This document shows positions 28,350 through 38,848 of a stretch of DNA of 64,000 bases, piece after piece (within the stretch, counting starts at the first letter, position 1; each line of letters begins with the position of its first letter). Source of the stretch: an uncultured virus (IMG/VR IMGVR_UViG_3300003690_000005) (taxonomy: Duplodnaviria; Heunggongvirae; Uroviricota; Caudoviricetes); IMG/VR virus record IMGVR_UViG_3300003690_000005; one strand, given 5' to 3'. Below the pieces are notes generated by a model. That model made no database searches. It saw only the letters and a list, made by a program, of their open reading frames with translations, and was not told the DNA's origin. Position numbers and translations under genes: made by a program.

Positions 28350-30835
28350 ACTGGTATAAACATTCACTTATTCTGTATCCTCCAGAAAAAATACTAACTG
28401 CTAATAATGTATTTAGCATTGGCAGTTGGTACAAGAAGATTGTATTAGCTGCAATGCAGGCTGAGATAGAAGCCGATGGAATGTTTACAATTTCTGGTTA
28501 CACAGGTCATATCTATCAACAACTGAAGCAGTTTGGTTTTAGAGGATACATGGAAGAAGATCCAACAACAGGCAAGAAGTCCTATAAGTGGAAAAGAGAT
28601 GCTGAAAGTCTTAGAAATGATAGTGACACGTTGCAAGTTCTCCAGCAATTGAGCATACCTAATGTAAATATACTAATGGGTCCACAAGCAGCACCTGTTC
28701 AACAAACTCCAGTTCAACAGCCAATTGGTAGTCCTTGGATTCTTGCTACATTTTTACAGGGCGGTGAGCCTGTGGTTGCTCAGCCTAGTCAAGGTGGTTG
28801 GATGCTACAAGATCGTGATGGACAACAAACACCTACACCGGCAGGATCAATACAAACGGTTGTTCAAAGAGTAACAGATGAACAAGGAAATCCGATTCAG
28901 TCAACGAACCCTGCTGACTTGTTTGCAACATATGATCAGATGCAAACACCTGCTCAAAAAGAAGAGGTTAAAAAAGTAAAGTCAGGTCAAAGACCTAAAC
29001 CAGAAGATGTACGATTTCCTGATGAACATTTAACTCCTTATAATAGAGCGATACGAGATAAATTCTTACAAATAGATGCATCGGGTAATTCACCAGATGT
29101 AATGATTAATGCCCTAGCGGGCACAGGCAAAACCAGTGCCCTAAAAGATTTATCTTCTTTTATTAAACCAGGCGAGAAATGGTTATATCTTGTATTTAAT
29201 AAAAAGAATCAACTAGAAGCTAGTTCTGAATTCCCAGAAGGCGTAGATGTAGCCACTACTCATTCATATCTTGGCTCAGTATTAAAGAATGCTGGTCCAG
29301 ACGTAGGAGGATCAACCAAACTACCTTCTATGACTGACAAGGGCCAAAAAATATATCGCATATTAGATCAGATGCTTCCCAGAGACACAGGAAGGGGGCG
29401 CAATCGTACTTATAATACAATATATCAGCAATTTAGATGGAAAGCTGTTTCTAGAATTAAAAACATCGCTGAGCTTGGCAAAGCATTTGCTGTTGATCCA
29501 AATATACCAGATGCAATACAACAACTTGCAGACATAGTACAAAAATATAACATGGATATGGATATATCTACCGAAAAGGATGGGCAAGACAGAGATTACA
29601 CTCCAGACATGTTAGAGCACGCCAAAGAACTTTTATCATATTCGTTGCCTGATAGTTTGCCCCAAGAATACGACAGGAAAGATGCTAATTTAAGAGACCA
29701 AGATGATACGCTATGGTATGCTGCTATACATTCTGACCAGATTGCTTGGAACAACAATCCTCATTATGACGTTGTGCTGATGGACGAGGTACAAGATTTT
29801 AATCAAGCTCAATTAATTATGGCACAAAAACTACAAGAAGCAGGAGCCAGAATAGTAGCAGTAGGCGACCCCAATCAAGCTATTTATGGTTGGAGAGGAG
29901 CAGACTCTAATGCTTTTGGAAAACTACAAAACATTGTTACAGACGGTGAAGAAGATCCTGCTATGTCTTTGCCTATCAACTTCAGAAGTTTACCTACAAT
30001 TATAGATTTTGTAAAAGAAAATACTCATGTAAAAGATCTTGAGGCTGCACCTCCTGAGTTTTGGGCATCACAAAACATTGATCCAAATTCAGGGCGAGTA
30101 GATATAGAAGTAGATAGTAATGATTTTATGGGTCAAATGCAACAAGAATATACAACTGGAGATAGACATCTGCAACAAGAAACAGCTATTATTTCCAGAA
30201 CCAACGCTCCACTAGTAGAACACGCTTTATCGTTGTTAAGAAACGATATTGATTTCCAGATTTTAGGAAGAGACCTATCAAAAGAACTCACAGACCATAT
30301 TAAAAAAGTAACTTATTTCAGACCTGAAATGAAAAGTATTGCAGATTTAGGGTATGATTTAAATAATTATGTTAATAATCTGCAAGAAGAATGGAGTGGT
30401 AAAGTTAGCAAACAAGATGAATTAAAAGACATAGAAGGGACAACAGAAGCTTTGATGGCGGTATTAGGTCATGTTTCAGAGCCAGGCTTTGAACAAAGAC
30501 CAGACGGCAAAAGAATGAACAATGCCCGTGATTTCTTATCTTACATTGAAGACAAATTACGTGGGCAAGATCCAGACAACGCATCAGACTATGCGAAACT
30601 TAAATCTCAAAAAGAAGCAGATCCAACGGCGATGGTGACACTAACAACTGCCCATAAATCAAAAGGTATGGAATACGAGAGAGTTTTTGTATTAGAGCCT
30701 GGGGCTTTTAATCCTGAAGGTGCTCAAATCAGAACTGAAGCAGAAGCACAACAAGAACGCAACGCTTGGTATGTAAGTCTCACAAGAGCACAAAAACATT
30801 TAATTATTGGGACAGATAAGAAGGAAGAAAGTTGA
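28346..30835 (+). CDS. MNWY-leader UvrD/Rep-like SF1 helicase
   Basis: ALAGTGKT, DEVQD, VGDPNQAIYGWRGA, TAHKSKGMEY, YVSLTRA. Confidence 0.9.
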   Translation: MNWYKHSLILYPPEKILTANNVFSIGSWYKKIVLAAMQAEIEADGMFTISGYTGHIYQQLKQFGFRGYMEEDPTTGKKSYKWKRDAESLRNDSDTLQVLQQLSIPNVNILMGPQAAPVQQTPVQQPIGSPWILATFLQGGEPVVAQPSQGGWMLQDRDGQQTPTPAGSIQTVVQRVTDEQGNPIQSTNPADLFATYDQMQTPAQKEEVKKVKSGQRPKPEDVRFPDEHLTPYNRAIRDKFLQIDASGNSPDVMINALAGTGKTSALKDLSSFIKPGEKWLYLVFNKKNQLEASSEFPEGVDVATTHSYLGSVLKNAGPDVGGSTKLPSMTDKGQKIYRILDQMLPRDTGRGRNRTYNTIYQQFRWKAVSRIKNIAELGKAFAVDPNIPDAIQQLADIVQKYNMDMDISTEKDGQDRDYTPDMLEHAKELLSYSLPDSLPQEYDRKDANLRDQDDTLWYAAIHSDQIAWNNNPHYDVVLMDEVQDFNQAQLIMAQKLQEAGARIVAVGDPNQAIYGWRGADSNAFGKLQNIVTDGEEDPAMSLPINFRSLPTIIDFVKENTHVKDLEAAPPEFWASQNIDPNSGRVDIEVDSNDFMGQMQQEYTTGDRHLQQETAIISRTNAPLVEHALSLLRNDIDFQILGRDLSKELTDHIKKVTYFRPEMKSIADLGYDLNNYVNNLQEEWSGKVSKQDELKDIEGTTEALMAVLGHVSEPGFEQRPDGKRMNNARDFLSYIEDKLRGQDPDNASDYAKLKSQKEADPTAMVTLTTAHKSKGMEYERVFVLEPGAFNPEGAQIRTEAEAQQERNAWYVSLTRAQKHLIIGTDKKEES

Positions 30836-31323
30836 ACTGGTACAAACGAGCAGCATTGCCTACAGACTGGGAAAAGGATGCGTTATATCATGTTTTTATG
30901 ATGATAACTACTAAGTATCCTCAAGCTGCTGACTTGTCTTCTGCAACAACTTCTGGTGTTTTTTATGTTATAAAAAACGAATATTTCAAAGAATTTGCAA
31001 AACATTGGCGTCAACGGGAAAATCTTAATTTACCTATAGATATATTTATATTTTATAACAGCGAAACATATATAAATATAGTGAGAAAGAGAGATAAAGA
31101 CAATTCTGTATGGTTGCAAGGGCATGTTCGCAAACAGGGTGACGAAGATAGCATAAGAAGTATACTATCTAATGATCCTTATGATTATGTAACTCAAATG
31201 GAACAAGCTATCGTTGATTTAAGCAAAGGAGATGATAGTGGAGGTTCTAAAACAAGACCAGAACAACCATATTCACCCAGTGGAATAAAAATTCCACAAG
31301 AAGAAGAGTTAATTGCAGTTTAA
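30832..31323 (+). CDS. MNWY-leader hypothetical protein
   Basis: TTG start in a TTGA overlap; paralog of 31462..31935. Confidence 0.75.
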   Translation: MNWYKRAALPTDWEKDALYHVFMMITTKYPQAADLSSATTSGVFYVIKNEYFKEFAKHWRQRENLNLPIDIFIFYNSETYINIVRKRDKDNSVWLQGHVRKQGDEDSIRSILSNDPYDYVTQMEQAIVDLSKGDDSGGSKTRPEQPYSPSGIKIPQEEELIAV

Positions 31324-31461
31324 ACATATCTCCAGAAAAATTTATTCTTTTTTAATTTGCGTATGACTGAACAACCAGATAATACAGAAATACCTGATTC
31401 TCCTAGTGGAATTGAGGAAGAAGAATTAGTTTCTGTTTAAACATAAAAGAGGAGACCCACT

Positions 31462-31935
31462 TTGCCGGAACAAAAACAAGAACTAAAACAAGACGCTACT
31501 TATCATCTGTTTATGGTCATGTCTCTGCGATATGACAAAATACGTGATCTTTTAGCAGGTGCTGAAATCCGACGTAATACATTTTATATTTCCGAAGACC
31601 ACAACATAGAAGAATTAATGAAAGAAAGACAAGCAGGAAACCCATATCCCATATGCATCTTTTACAATTTGCAAAGATATACAGTTAGAATACAAGACAG
31701 AGAGGATATATGGCGAGTTATAATAGATACCCCATTTGCCCAGATGAGTATAGAATCAAAAAAAACCATAAAGCCTTATGATTTTATTAAGATTCTTGAA
31801 AATATAATTATTAAATATATTGACCCAAATGACCCAGACGACGATGATGATGATAGTAACAATGATCCAGAACAACCATATTCTCCAAGTGGAATAAAAA
31901 TTCCACGGGAAAAAGAAGAATTAGTTTCTGTTTAA
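31462..31935 (+). CDS. Paralog of 30832..31323 lacking the MNWY leader
   Basis: Shares DA.YH.FM and PEQPYSPSGIKIP..EEL..V; strong AGGAG SD. Confidence 0.7.
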   Translation: MPEQKQELKQDATYHLFMVMSLRYDKIRDLLAGAEIRRNTFYISEDHNIEELMKERQAGNPYPICIFYNLQRYTVRIQDREDIWRVIIDTPFAQMSIESKKTIKPYDFIKILENIIIKYIDPNDPDDDDDDSNNDPEQPYSPSGIKIPREKEELVSV

Positions 31936-32288
31936 TATGGCTCAGGTGGACCAAATTCATCAGGTGCTAAGTCGCTTAATTTATTAAGAGCCACCTTTTC
32001 TACATATAAATAAACATCACTTTCGTCTTGAGCGTCTAACTCGCTAAACATATCAGTACTATTTCCTTCGGAGGTTTTAGGATACATATTTACTATCTCT
32101 ACGTCACTTGATTGGTCCGTAGGATACCTTGGATCATAAAGAGAAGGTCTGTATTCTATATCTGCGGTGATATTGACTCTTCTGCCGCTAGATAATTGAA
32201 CACCAACTCCTGTTTCTATTTCCATATCTCTAACAGTTTGAGTAGACTGTGCGATTTTTATATATCCAATAGTTGCTATTTTTTTCAT
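31932..32288 (-). CDS. Hypothetical protein with a KIAQ motif (start MKKIAT)
   Basis: GAGG-N32-ATG upstream on the minus strand. Confidence 0.6.
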   Translation of the reverse strand: MKKIATIGYIKIAQSTQTVRDMEIETGVGVQLSSGRRVNITADIEYRPSLYDPRYPTDQSSDVEIVNMYPKTSEGNSTDMFSELDAQDESDVYLYVEKVALNKLSDLAPDEFGPPEPY

Positions 32289-32396
32289 ATCTTCAATATA
32301 GTGGATTTTGGTCACTAAATCCTCTTTTTATGAAAGATTTATCGATTTTTTTATTGAACAGAATAAACATACAGAAATTGTTCTGGAGTATCCGTA

Positions 32397-32936
32397 TTGA
32401 ATTGGTACAATTTGCTCAAATTCGCAGATAAACGTAATCTCTTACTCCAACAAGGATACAAGGAAAAGATTGTTAATTGGGCTGTGAAACACAAATTTGC
32501 AGAAGTAGATGAAGAAAATTTAGGGATGATGCGAAATTTCAACGGACTATCTGTTAATGTGGAAAATCCCGCAGGGACAGAAAGAGTAGGCGTCAATGAC
32601 AAAGGAGAAGAATGGCGAACTAAAATGGAATATGATTACGGGTTCATATCTTCTGCAAAAGGCGAAGGTGGTGAAGGACTAGATGTATATTTGGGTCCAG
32701 ACGAAGAATCTAAAAAAGTTTATGTCGTCCATCAAAACGACCCTGAAAGTGGTGAATATGATGAAGACAAAGTAATGTTAGGTTTTGCCAGTAAAGACCA
32801 AGCAAAAAGAATTTATTTAAACCACTATGATTCAGATGATTATTTTGGTTCAATTACAACAATAGATTTCTCAGAATTTGAAGATATTGTCAATAGCCCT
32901 GGTGAAGGCAAAGTAACATGGAAGAAAAATAAGTGA
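32397..32936 (+). CDS. MNWY-leader inorganic pyrophosphatase-like protein (polyvalent-protein InPase type)
   Basis: VENPAGTERVG..DYGFI..G.GGEGLDVYLGP..YDEDKVMLGF. Confidence 0.8.
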   Translation: MNWYNLLKFADKRNLLLQQGYKEKIVNWAVKHKFAEVDEENLGMMRNFNGLSVNVENPAGTERVGVNDKGEEWRTKMEYDYGFISSAKGEGGEGLDVYLGPDEESKKVYVVHQNDPESGEYDEDKVMLGFASKDQAKRIYLNHYDSDDYFGSITTIDFSEFEDIVNSPGEGKVTWKKNK

Positions 32937-33448
32937 ACTGGTATAAAAGAGCAGAAAAATCGCTATACCACGGCACAATAAATGACCATGCGGACTCTAT
33001 CCGTCAGTTTGGACTTGAGCCTGCTTTAGGAAATTTTGTTTCTGATGCATATGGTGGAGATTATGATGATGCAGGAGTCTCTTTTGAAGACAATGTTGCA
33101 GAATTAACATATGCTACTGACAAAGAGAATCTTGGTAAAGCAGTAACGGCTATGACACACCATATTGCTAAAAAATTAAATAAAGATTTTCATAAAGTAA
33201 CAGATATCGACATTAGAAACCATGGCATGATTGTAAAAGTAAAAGGATCACCAGGAGCAGCAGTTCCACCCGAACCTTTTGAACAAAGACCAGAAGATTA
33301 TGATTTAGATTGGGATATGATGTCAGCAGAAAGAAACTTATATGCAGTTGAACCCTTAGACTATTATTCAGAAGAAGAGACAGCACCTGAAGATATTGAA
33401 CTAATAACAGGATCTGCTTTAATGCGTTTTTTAGGACATAACTCTTGA
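32933..33448 (+). CDS. MNWY-leader ADP-ribosyltransferase-like protein
   Basis: LYHGT...SIRQFGL.P. Confidence 0.55.
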   Translation: MNWYKRAEKSLYHGTINDHADSIRQFGLEPALGNFVSDAYGGDYDDAGVSFEDNVAELTYATDKENLGKAVTAMTHHIAKKLNKDFHKVTDIDIRNHGMIVKVKGSPGAAVPPEPFEQRPEDYDLDWDMMSAERNLYAVEPLDYYSEEETAPEDIELITGSALMRFLGHNS

Positions 33449-33945
33449 ACTGGTATAGTTTATTAAAATTCGCTGGCATTAAATTATTACACGGGACATC
33501 TTCTAGTTTCAATCAATTTGATTTATCGTTTGCTGGACAACGAGACTGGGGAGATTATGGCGTAGGGGTATACTTAACTCCGAGTGATTATATGGCTAAA
33601 GAATACGCAGCGGAGGCGGTAAAATCTCGTGGAGGAAAGCCAGTTGTGTATTTAGTTGAAGCAAATGTGTCCAGTTTAGCAAACATGGATGATCCAGGCT
33701 TGTTGTCTGATGTATCTAAGAACACAGATGCACCATTTCCTAAAAAGTTAGAAACTGGACAAAAACAAAGTCGCCCTGAACAGGAAAGTAGAAATATAAC
33801 AGAGTTTTTAATACAATTGGGGTATGATGGAGCAAGACATGGAAAGGAATATATAATTTTTGATCCCGCGAAAATTAATATACTAAAATCGTTTGATTTA
33901 ACTAGCAACATAAATGATGTCCCATCTTGGCTTAGCGAAGTTTAA
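33445..33945 (+). CDS. MNWY-leader ADP-ribosyltransferase (ART-PolyVal-like)
   Basis: LHGTS..FNQFD..GVGVYLT...A.EYA..GYDG..EYIIFDP. Confidence 0.75.
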   Translation: MNWYSLLKFAGIKLLHGTSSSFNQFDLSFAGQRDWGDYGVGVYLTPSDYMAKEYAAEAVKSRGGKPVVYLVEANVSSLANMDDPGLLSDVSKNTDAPFPKKLETGQKQSRPEQESRNITEFLIQLGYDGARHGKEYIIFDPAKINILKSFDLTSNINDVPSWLSEV

Positions 33946-33946
33946 T

Positions 33947-34744
33947 ATGAACTGGTATAAAAGAGCACAACAACAGTATCTTCCTTTTTATAATCCTGCC
34001 ACAGATATACCCATGGAGAACCGGAACGCTTATGAACAAAATTTGTTGCAAAACAGGGCAAAAGCATTACAAGAACTAACCATAGAAGAATTTATTGAAG
34101 ATCATGTTAATAATGAAGCAGAATTATATCAATATTTTGAAGAACTAGGGCTAGACTTGCACAAAATAGATGGTTTTCCAAATGCCAGACCAGTTTATAT
34201 CTTTGAGGGTAGAGATGGAAATACATATGTTATAGATGAATTTCCTGAATCTCCTGATATTGTTGAAGCTCGTGGATGGGTTGACAGGATCGACGAGATG
34301 TATTTAGGAGACTATGTAGAAGCACTAGATTCGAATGAAGATTTTTGGCGAGGAGTGGGAGCAGGATATAAACTTTATCATGGAACAAACGAAGAAAACC
34401 TTGAAGAAATTCAACAAAATGGGTTAGAAGCAAGAAATGTAACCAGAGGAATGAGTAATCGTGGGACTGGTGCATCCGTATTTACTTCACCAGATCCTGG
34501 TACAGCAGAATATTCATATGATACAGTTATTGAAATAGACGTAGGGCAAATGAAAGCAGATGGTTATATGCCTCAAGCTGGAGGCGAGGAGCCTTTAGAA
34601 GAATCTGATTTGAGGTCTTCGTTAGCATATAAATTAGGGTTAGAAGATTATTACAGCGAAGGCGATAGCAGTGATGGATTAGCCTCTGACACAGTAATAT
34701 TTTATGGAGGCATCCCTTCTAAATATTTAAGAGTATTAGAATGA
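33947..34744 (+). CDS. MNWY-leader ART-like protein
   Basis: Start revised to MNWYKRAQ; LYHGT..IQQNGL..VFTS..IPSKYL. Confidence 0.6.
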   Translation: MNWYKRAQQQYLPFYNPATDIPMENRNAYEQNLLQNRAKALQELTIEEFIEDHVNNEAELYQYFEELGLDLHKIDGFPNARPVYIFEGRDGNTYVIDEFPESPDIVEARGWVDRIDEMYLGDYVEALDSNEDFWRGVGAGYKLYHGTNEENLEEIQQNGLEARNVTRGMSNRGTGASVFTSPDPGTAEYSYDTVIEIDVGQMKADGYMPQAGGEEPLEESDLRSSLAYKLGLEDYYSEGDSSDGLASDTVIFYGGIPSKYLRVLE

Positions 34745-35208
34745 ACTGGTACAAAAGAGCAGAAGATGAAGACTATATGTATCCTGATAAGGGTCACGAC
34801 TATGACCCTAATTGGGATTATCATATATGGCAAGAACATGAGATAGAAGACAAGGAAGTTATACGTTTTGTTAATATGATGATTGAGCAGTGGAATAATA
34901 AACTATTTCCGCAATTAAAGCTTTTTCGTACAGTAACGGTGCATTTTGGCAACTTGCCAGCAGAACAAGTGGCAACATATGCTAACGGAACGGTATCAGA
35001 ACCAGTTGTTATAGTTGACATAGATAATATAAAAATGATTTGTAAAGAAATGGGAGATGAGAGATACTGTTTAACGCATGTGGGAATTTCTATTTTACAT
35101 GAAATTGGACACGCTATACAAGAAGCCCACGGAAAAGAATTTGAAGAAGATAGTGCAGAAGAGTTTGGGAGAGAATACTTTGACCACGGCAGGATTATAA
35201 TGCCATGA
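34741..35208 (+). CDS. MNWY-leader zincin metallopeptidase
   Basis: ILHEIGH..EEDSAEEF. Confidence 0.7.
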   Translation: MNWYKRAEDEDYMYPDKGHDYDPNWDYHIWQEHEIEDKEVIRFVNMMIEQWNNKLFPQLKLFRTVTVHFGNLPAEQVATYANGTVSEPVVIVDIDNIKMICKEMGDERYCLTHVGISILHEIGHAIQEAHGKEFEEDSAEEFGREYFDHGRIIMP

Positions 35209-35993
35209 ACTGGTATAAAATATCACAATCTGCTATTACTATCTCTATTGATCTCTGGCAAAAATCAATACGAGAATATCTGTCACAATTAGTTGATTTT
35301 TCTATGAGCAAACCAGATGATGGTTTTAGATATACCCAAGAAGCGGCAGATCAAAATTTACAAGAATTTTCCAAACAAACTTATTCAAATATGCAGAAAA
35401 TAGTGAACATAATACAAGAGGCTATCTCAAAACTTCCTGATTGGAGTGAAAGTCCTATCGTTGTAGAAGCAAGAACTTATGATAAGGATAACGACATTGG
35501 AGCAGAAACTGATGCAGAGGTTCATGTCGGTAAAGCATCAGCATGGGGAGGGACAGCAAGCTTTACTCTGTTCACAGGAGATCGTAGAATTATGATAGAT
35601 GATGTGCTTGAAGGGGGAGATACAGATTTCTTTAGTAGTGATTCTACACAATCTGATTATTTTTTACTTGTGCAAGAATTAAGAGACCCAGGCTCTTCAT
35701 CACAAAAAAGCAAAATATTAACTTTATACACTGCAAGACCTGTACAAGACAGACAACTTTTCGAAGGAGCTAATGCTATTCCTTCAAATATATTTTTAAC
35801 AACTGACCCAAGTAGAGCTACAGGCATAGCTTCTGATATGGGGCAGAGAGATGTATGGCAAGTTAAAATAGATGAGCGTAATCTTGTTAACACGTTAGAT
35901 TCACCAGGCGTAAAAGATTATCAAGCAATTGGCAAGGGTTCTCAAGTTCCTATAGATTCTATTATATTGTGGAGCGAAAGTGAATTGGTATAA
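35205..35993 (+). CDS. MNWY-leader protein, possible C-terminal ART-like domain
   Basis: TLYTAR...IFLTTD..RA. Confidence 0.6.
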   Translation: MNWYKISQSAITISIDLWQKSIREYLSQLVDFSMSKPDDGFRYTQEAADQNLQEFSKQTYSNMQKIVNIIQEAISKLPDWSESPIVVEARTYDKDNDIGAETDAEVHVGKASAWGGTASFTLFTGDRRIMIDDVLEGGDTDFFSSDSTQSDYFLLVQELRDPGSSSQKSKILTLYTARPVQDRQLFEGANAIPSNIFLTTDPSRATGIASDMGQRDVWQVKIDERNLVNTLDSPGVKDYQAIGKGSQVPIDSIILWSESELV

Positions 35994-38526
35994 TTTATTA
36001 AAACTTGCTGATTATGAGCAATGGGCTGGGCAAGTTGAGGAAATGGCTCAACAGAACCCATATCCATTTTCATCTTGGTTTGATGATAATGGACGTACAT
36101 ATATGCCATTCGGGGGAATAGAAGAAGGGTTCGACCAAGACGTAAAAGATATTTTAGATGATGCTGGATGCGAGATTACAGACTATAGAGGGGGATATTG
36201 TCAAAAAGGCAAAAATTCTTTTCGTATTGGTAAATTATTAGAACAAGCAAAACGACAAGCTTTAAAAGAATTAGAACAAAAAAACCAAATAGAACAGATG
36301 TACAATCTGGAACGAGAGATGCAAGAAATTACTCAATACTATGATGGAATAATCAATATATTTGTTAACTCATCTTATAGAGTACAAAAATCTGGTAACC
36401 AGTTTATGATAGCGATTAGCCAGAATCCACAAGATGTGGCAATGATGTCTACTGACAGAGACTGGAAAAGCTGCATGGAGCTTGGAGAAGGTTCTCATCA
36501 TCAAGATGTTTTTTGTGAAATAAAAAGCGGTGGCATAGTTGCCTATTTAATCAAAGCAGATGATTTAAATATCCAATCTCCTTTAGCCCGTATACATATT
36601 CGTCGTTTTGCAAACAGACAAGGGCAATCAATTGCGATACCTGAAGACTCTGTGTATGGAAATGAAATCACGGGTTTCCAAGAAGCTGTGCAACAATGGT
36701 TAACAGAAAAACAAGGAGACATATCGCCTGGTATGTATCGAAGACAAGGGGGCGAATATTCAGACACGTTCCAAGACAAAATGCTTGTTGCTCCTACAAA
36801 ACAAGAAGATTTGCTTAAATGGTTTGCAGGTGATGACCCAAATGCAAAATATTCTACATGGATAGTAGAAGATGAATTGTATAGAACAATGGGAGATAAT
36901 CAATTATATGGAGATGACTACGGAATAGAAGACTTTACAAAAGAATTTAAAACGCAGGAAGAAGCTGAAAAATATCTTGAGATTATTAAATTCAACGAAC
37001 AAAGCGATTACGAAAGAGAAAGTGTTGGCGACGGATGGGAAGAATTTGATGAAGAAAAAGGAGAGTGGGTTGAAGAACGTTTTGATTTGCGAGAAAAGAA
37101 AATCGACTATCGCTCAGACATGAAACACGAAGCAGCTAAACAGGTATTAAAATCCGAAAAAGGCACATACCCACCAGAAATGATTCAAAAACTCAAAGAA
37201 TACATTTTCGGACAAGCCCAGAGTAGCTTATTATCTGAATTTATTAAAAAGTATCCTGAATTGCTCACAGAAGATGAAATCAACACACTAGATGACAGGC
37301 GTAATTTAGAGTTCATTGCAGCTTTACCTGAAGAACAACAAACTCAATATAAACTACAATGGCAACAGACTATTGTTAATACAATTGACAACTTGTTACA
37401 AGAAAAACTAGATCAAGGAGAAACTGCTCTTAATGCTGATACTATTCAACATAGAGCCAGATCTGCTTTTAATGACCAAGTGTTAGATCCTATACAGATT
37501 CTTTTCAAAAAACAAATCCCAGAACCTATTATACAAAAATTGATTCAATATGCTAATTCAGTAGAAGATATGGGTTATACAGGTTCTGAAAAAATAGGTA
37601 AATCTCCTATTCCTGGAAGAAACAGAACAACAGACCATGCTACTGCAATACGATCATCTATTGTTCATACATTATCTATGTCAAATGCAGATACCCCAAG
37701 TGTACAAAGATTTTACGAAAGTCTCCTGCCTTTGTGGGATGATACAAGATTTGCTAGAGATAGTTACTTGGCAATTAGCGAAGTTACTTTAGGTATATCA
37801 ATTGCTAAACTCGGCGAAAACGGAAGACAATTCATACCATTTATACAGAAAAAATTACAAAAAGTAGAAGCAGAAAGACAAGAACTTCCACAAGGGTATA
37901 CGAGTGATTATGCGGCAAAAATCAAAATTGAACAGACAGAAAAACAGATCGAGAGATTGTTATATATTATTGATGCATTGCAGAATGGTACTGGTAGGTC
38001 TACTAAATATAAATTCTTTAGATCAGACAAGATTATAAAAACAGGTTCTAGCTGGTATAAAAAGGCTCAAGGACTGGGACAACCAGATTTTGTGGTTAAA
38101 ACACCATGGGCTAAAGAATTTGGAGCAAGTGTGTATCTTAATCCTACTTCTCAAGAACTTTCATTTATATCTAAAGCATACGGAGAAGCAAGAATATATT
38201 TAGTAGGAAATGATCAAATGTATGCATGGAATACAACTGAAGCAATGCATTATCATATAGAAAAAGAGATTGGTATTAGCGGAGGCATTCCTTTGGTAGT
38301 TGGTGTCAGTGGTGGAAAAATTACAGGGGCCGTGGTTACTGATTCTTCAAAAAGAACAGAATGGCACGAGAACCCTCAAGTAAAAAAGGCTGTTTTGAGT
38401 AATGGACCATTTGTTGGAGCGATGCACCCAAGCATAAAAATAGATGAAGAAACATTTGGCTATTATAATGAAGATATCGTGGGAGACTGGGAACAACTAA
38501 AGGACAAAGAAAATGAACTGGTATAA
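35980..38526 (+). CDS. Large MNWY-leader multidomain protein with an internal SSWYKKAQ motif
   Basis: 848 aa; MSTDRDWKSCM..VAYLI..ARI domain; C-terminal module resembles 44649..45152. Confidence 0.8.
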   Translation: MNWYNLLKLADYEQWAGQVEEMAQQNPYPFSSWFDDNGRTYMPFGGIEEGFDQDVKDILDDAGCEITDYRGGYCQKGKNSFRIGKLLEQAKRQALKELEQKNQIEQMYNLEREMQEITQYYDGIINIFVNSSYRVQKSGNQFMIAISQNPQDVAMMSTDRDWKSCMELGEGSHHQDVFCEIKSGGIVAYLIKADDLNIQSPLARIHIRRFANRQGQSIAIPEDSVYGNEITGFQEAVQQWLTEKQGDISPGMYRRQGGEYSDTFQDKMLVAPTKQEDLLKWFAGDDPNAKYSTWIVEDELYRTMGDNQLYGDDYGIEDFTKEFKTQEEAEKYLEIIKFNEQSDYERESVGDGWEEFDEEKGEWVEERFDLREKKIDYRSDMKHEAAKQVLKSEKGTYPPEMIQKLKEYIFGQAQSSLLSEFIKKYPELLTEDEINTLDDRRNLEFIAALPEEQQTQYKLQWQQTIVNTIDNLLQEKLDQGETALNADTIQHRARSAFNDQVLDPIQILFKKQIPEPIIQKLIQYANSVEDMGYTGSEKIGKSPIPGRNRTTDHATAIRSSIVHTLSMSNADTPSVQRFYESLLPLWDDTRFARDSYLAISEVTLGISIAKLGENGRQFIPFIQKKLQKVEAERQELPQGYTSDYAAKIKIEQTEKQIERLLYIIDALQNGTGRSTKYKFFRSDKIIKTGSSWYKKAQGLGQPDFVVKTPWAKEFGASVYLNPTSQELSFISKAYGEARIYLVGNDQMYAWNTTEAMHYHIEKEIGISGGIPLVVGVSGGKITGAVVTDSSKRTEWHENPQVKKAVLSNGPFVGAMHPSIKIDEETFGYYNEDIVGDWEQLKDKENELV

Positions 38527-38848
38527 AAAATCACAACAAAGACTTTATGGGTATAAAGTTGTTGGACTTAAAGACGAGAAGGCTTTTTCTTTGTACGATA
38601 AAAGCGAGATTGGATTGTCCAAAGGAACTGTATATTCTTTTGGAGGAAAAGGTGGATTTCTAGGAACAACAAAAAAATTTGCAATAGATCATTATTCAGG
38701 ATTGACAGACGAAGAAGAATTACTTCTCGTATATGAGTTCCAGCCAGAAGATATTGTTTCTGGCCGCACCGACGAAGAGGGAGAAGTAAGTGTCAGGCGA
38801 GCAAAACTCATCAACATAGAACAAACAAATATGAACTGGCAAACATGA
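38513..38848 (+). CDS. MNWY-leader hypothetical protein
   Basis: MNWYKKSQ. Confidence 0.75.
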   Translation: MNWYKKSQQRLYGYKVVGLKDEKAFSLYDKSEIGLSKGTVYSFGGKGGFLGTTKKFAIDHYSGLTDEEELLLVYEFQPEDIVSGRTDEEGEVSVRRAKLINIEQTNMNWQT

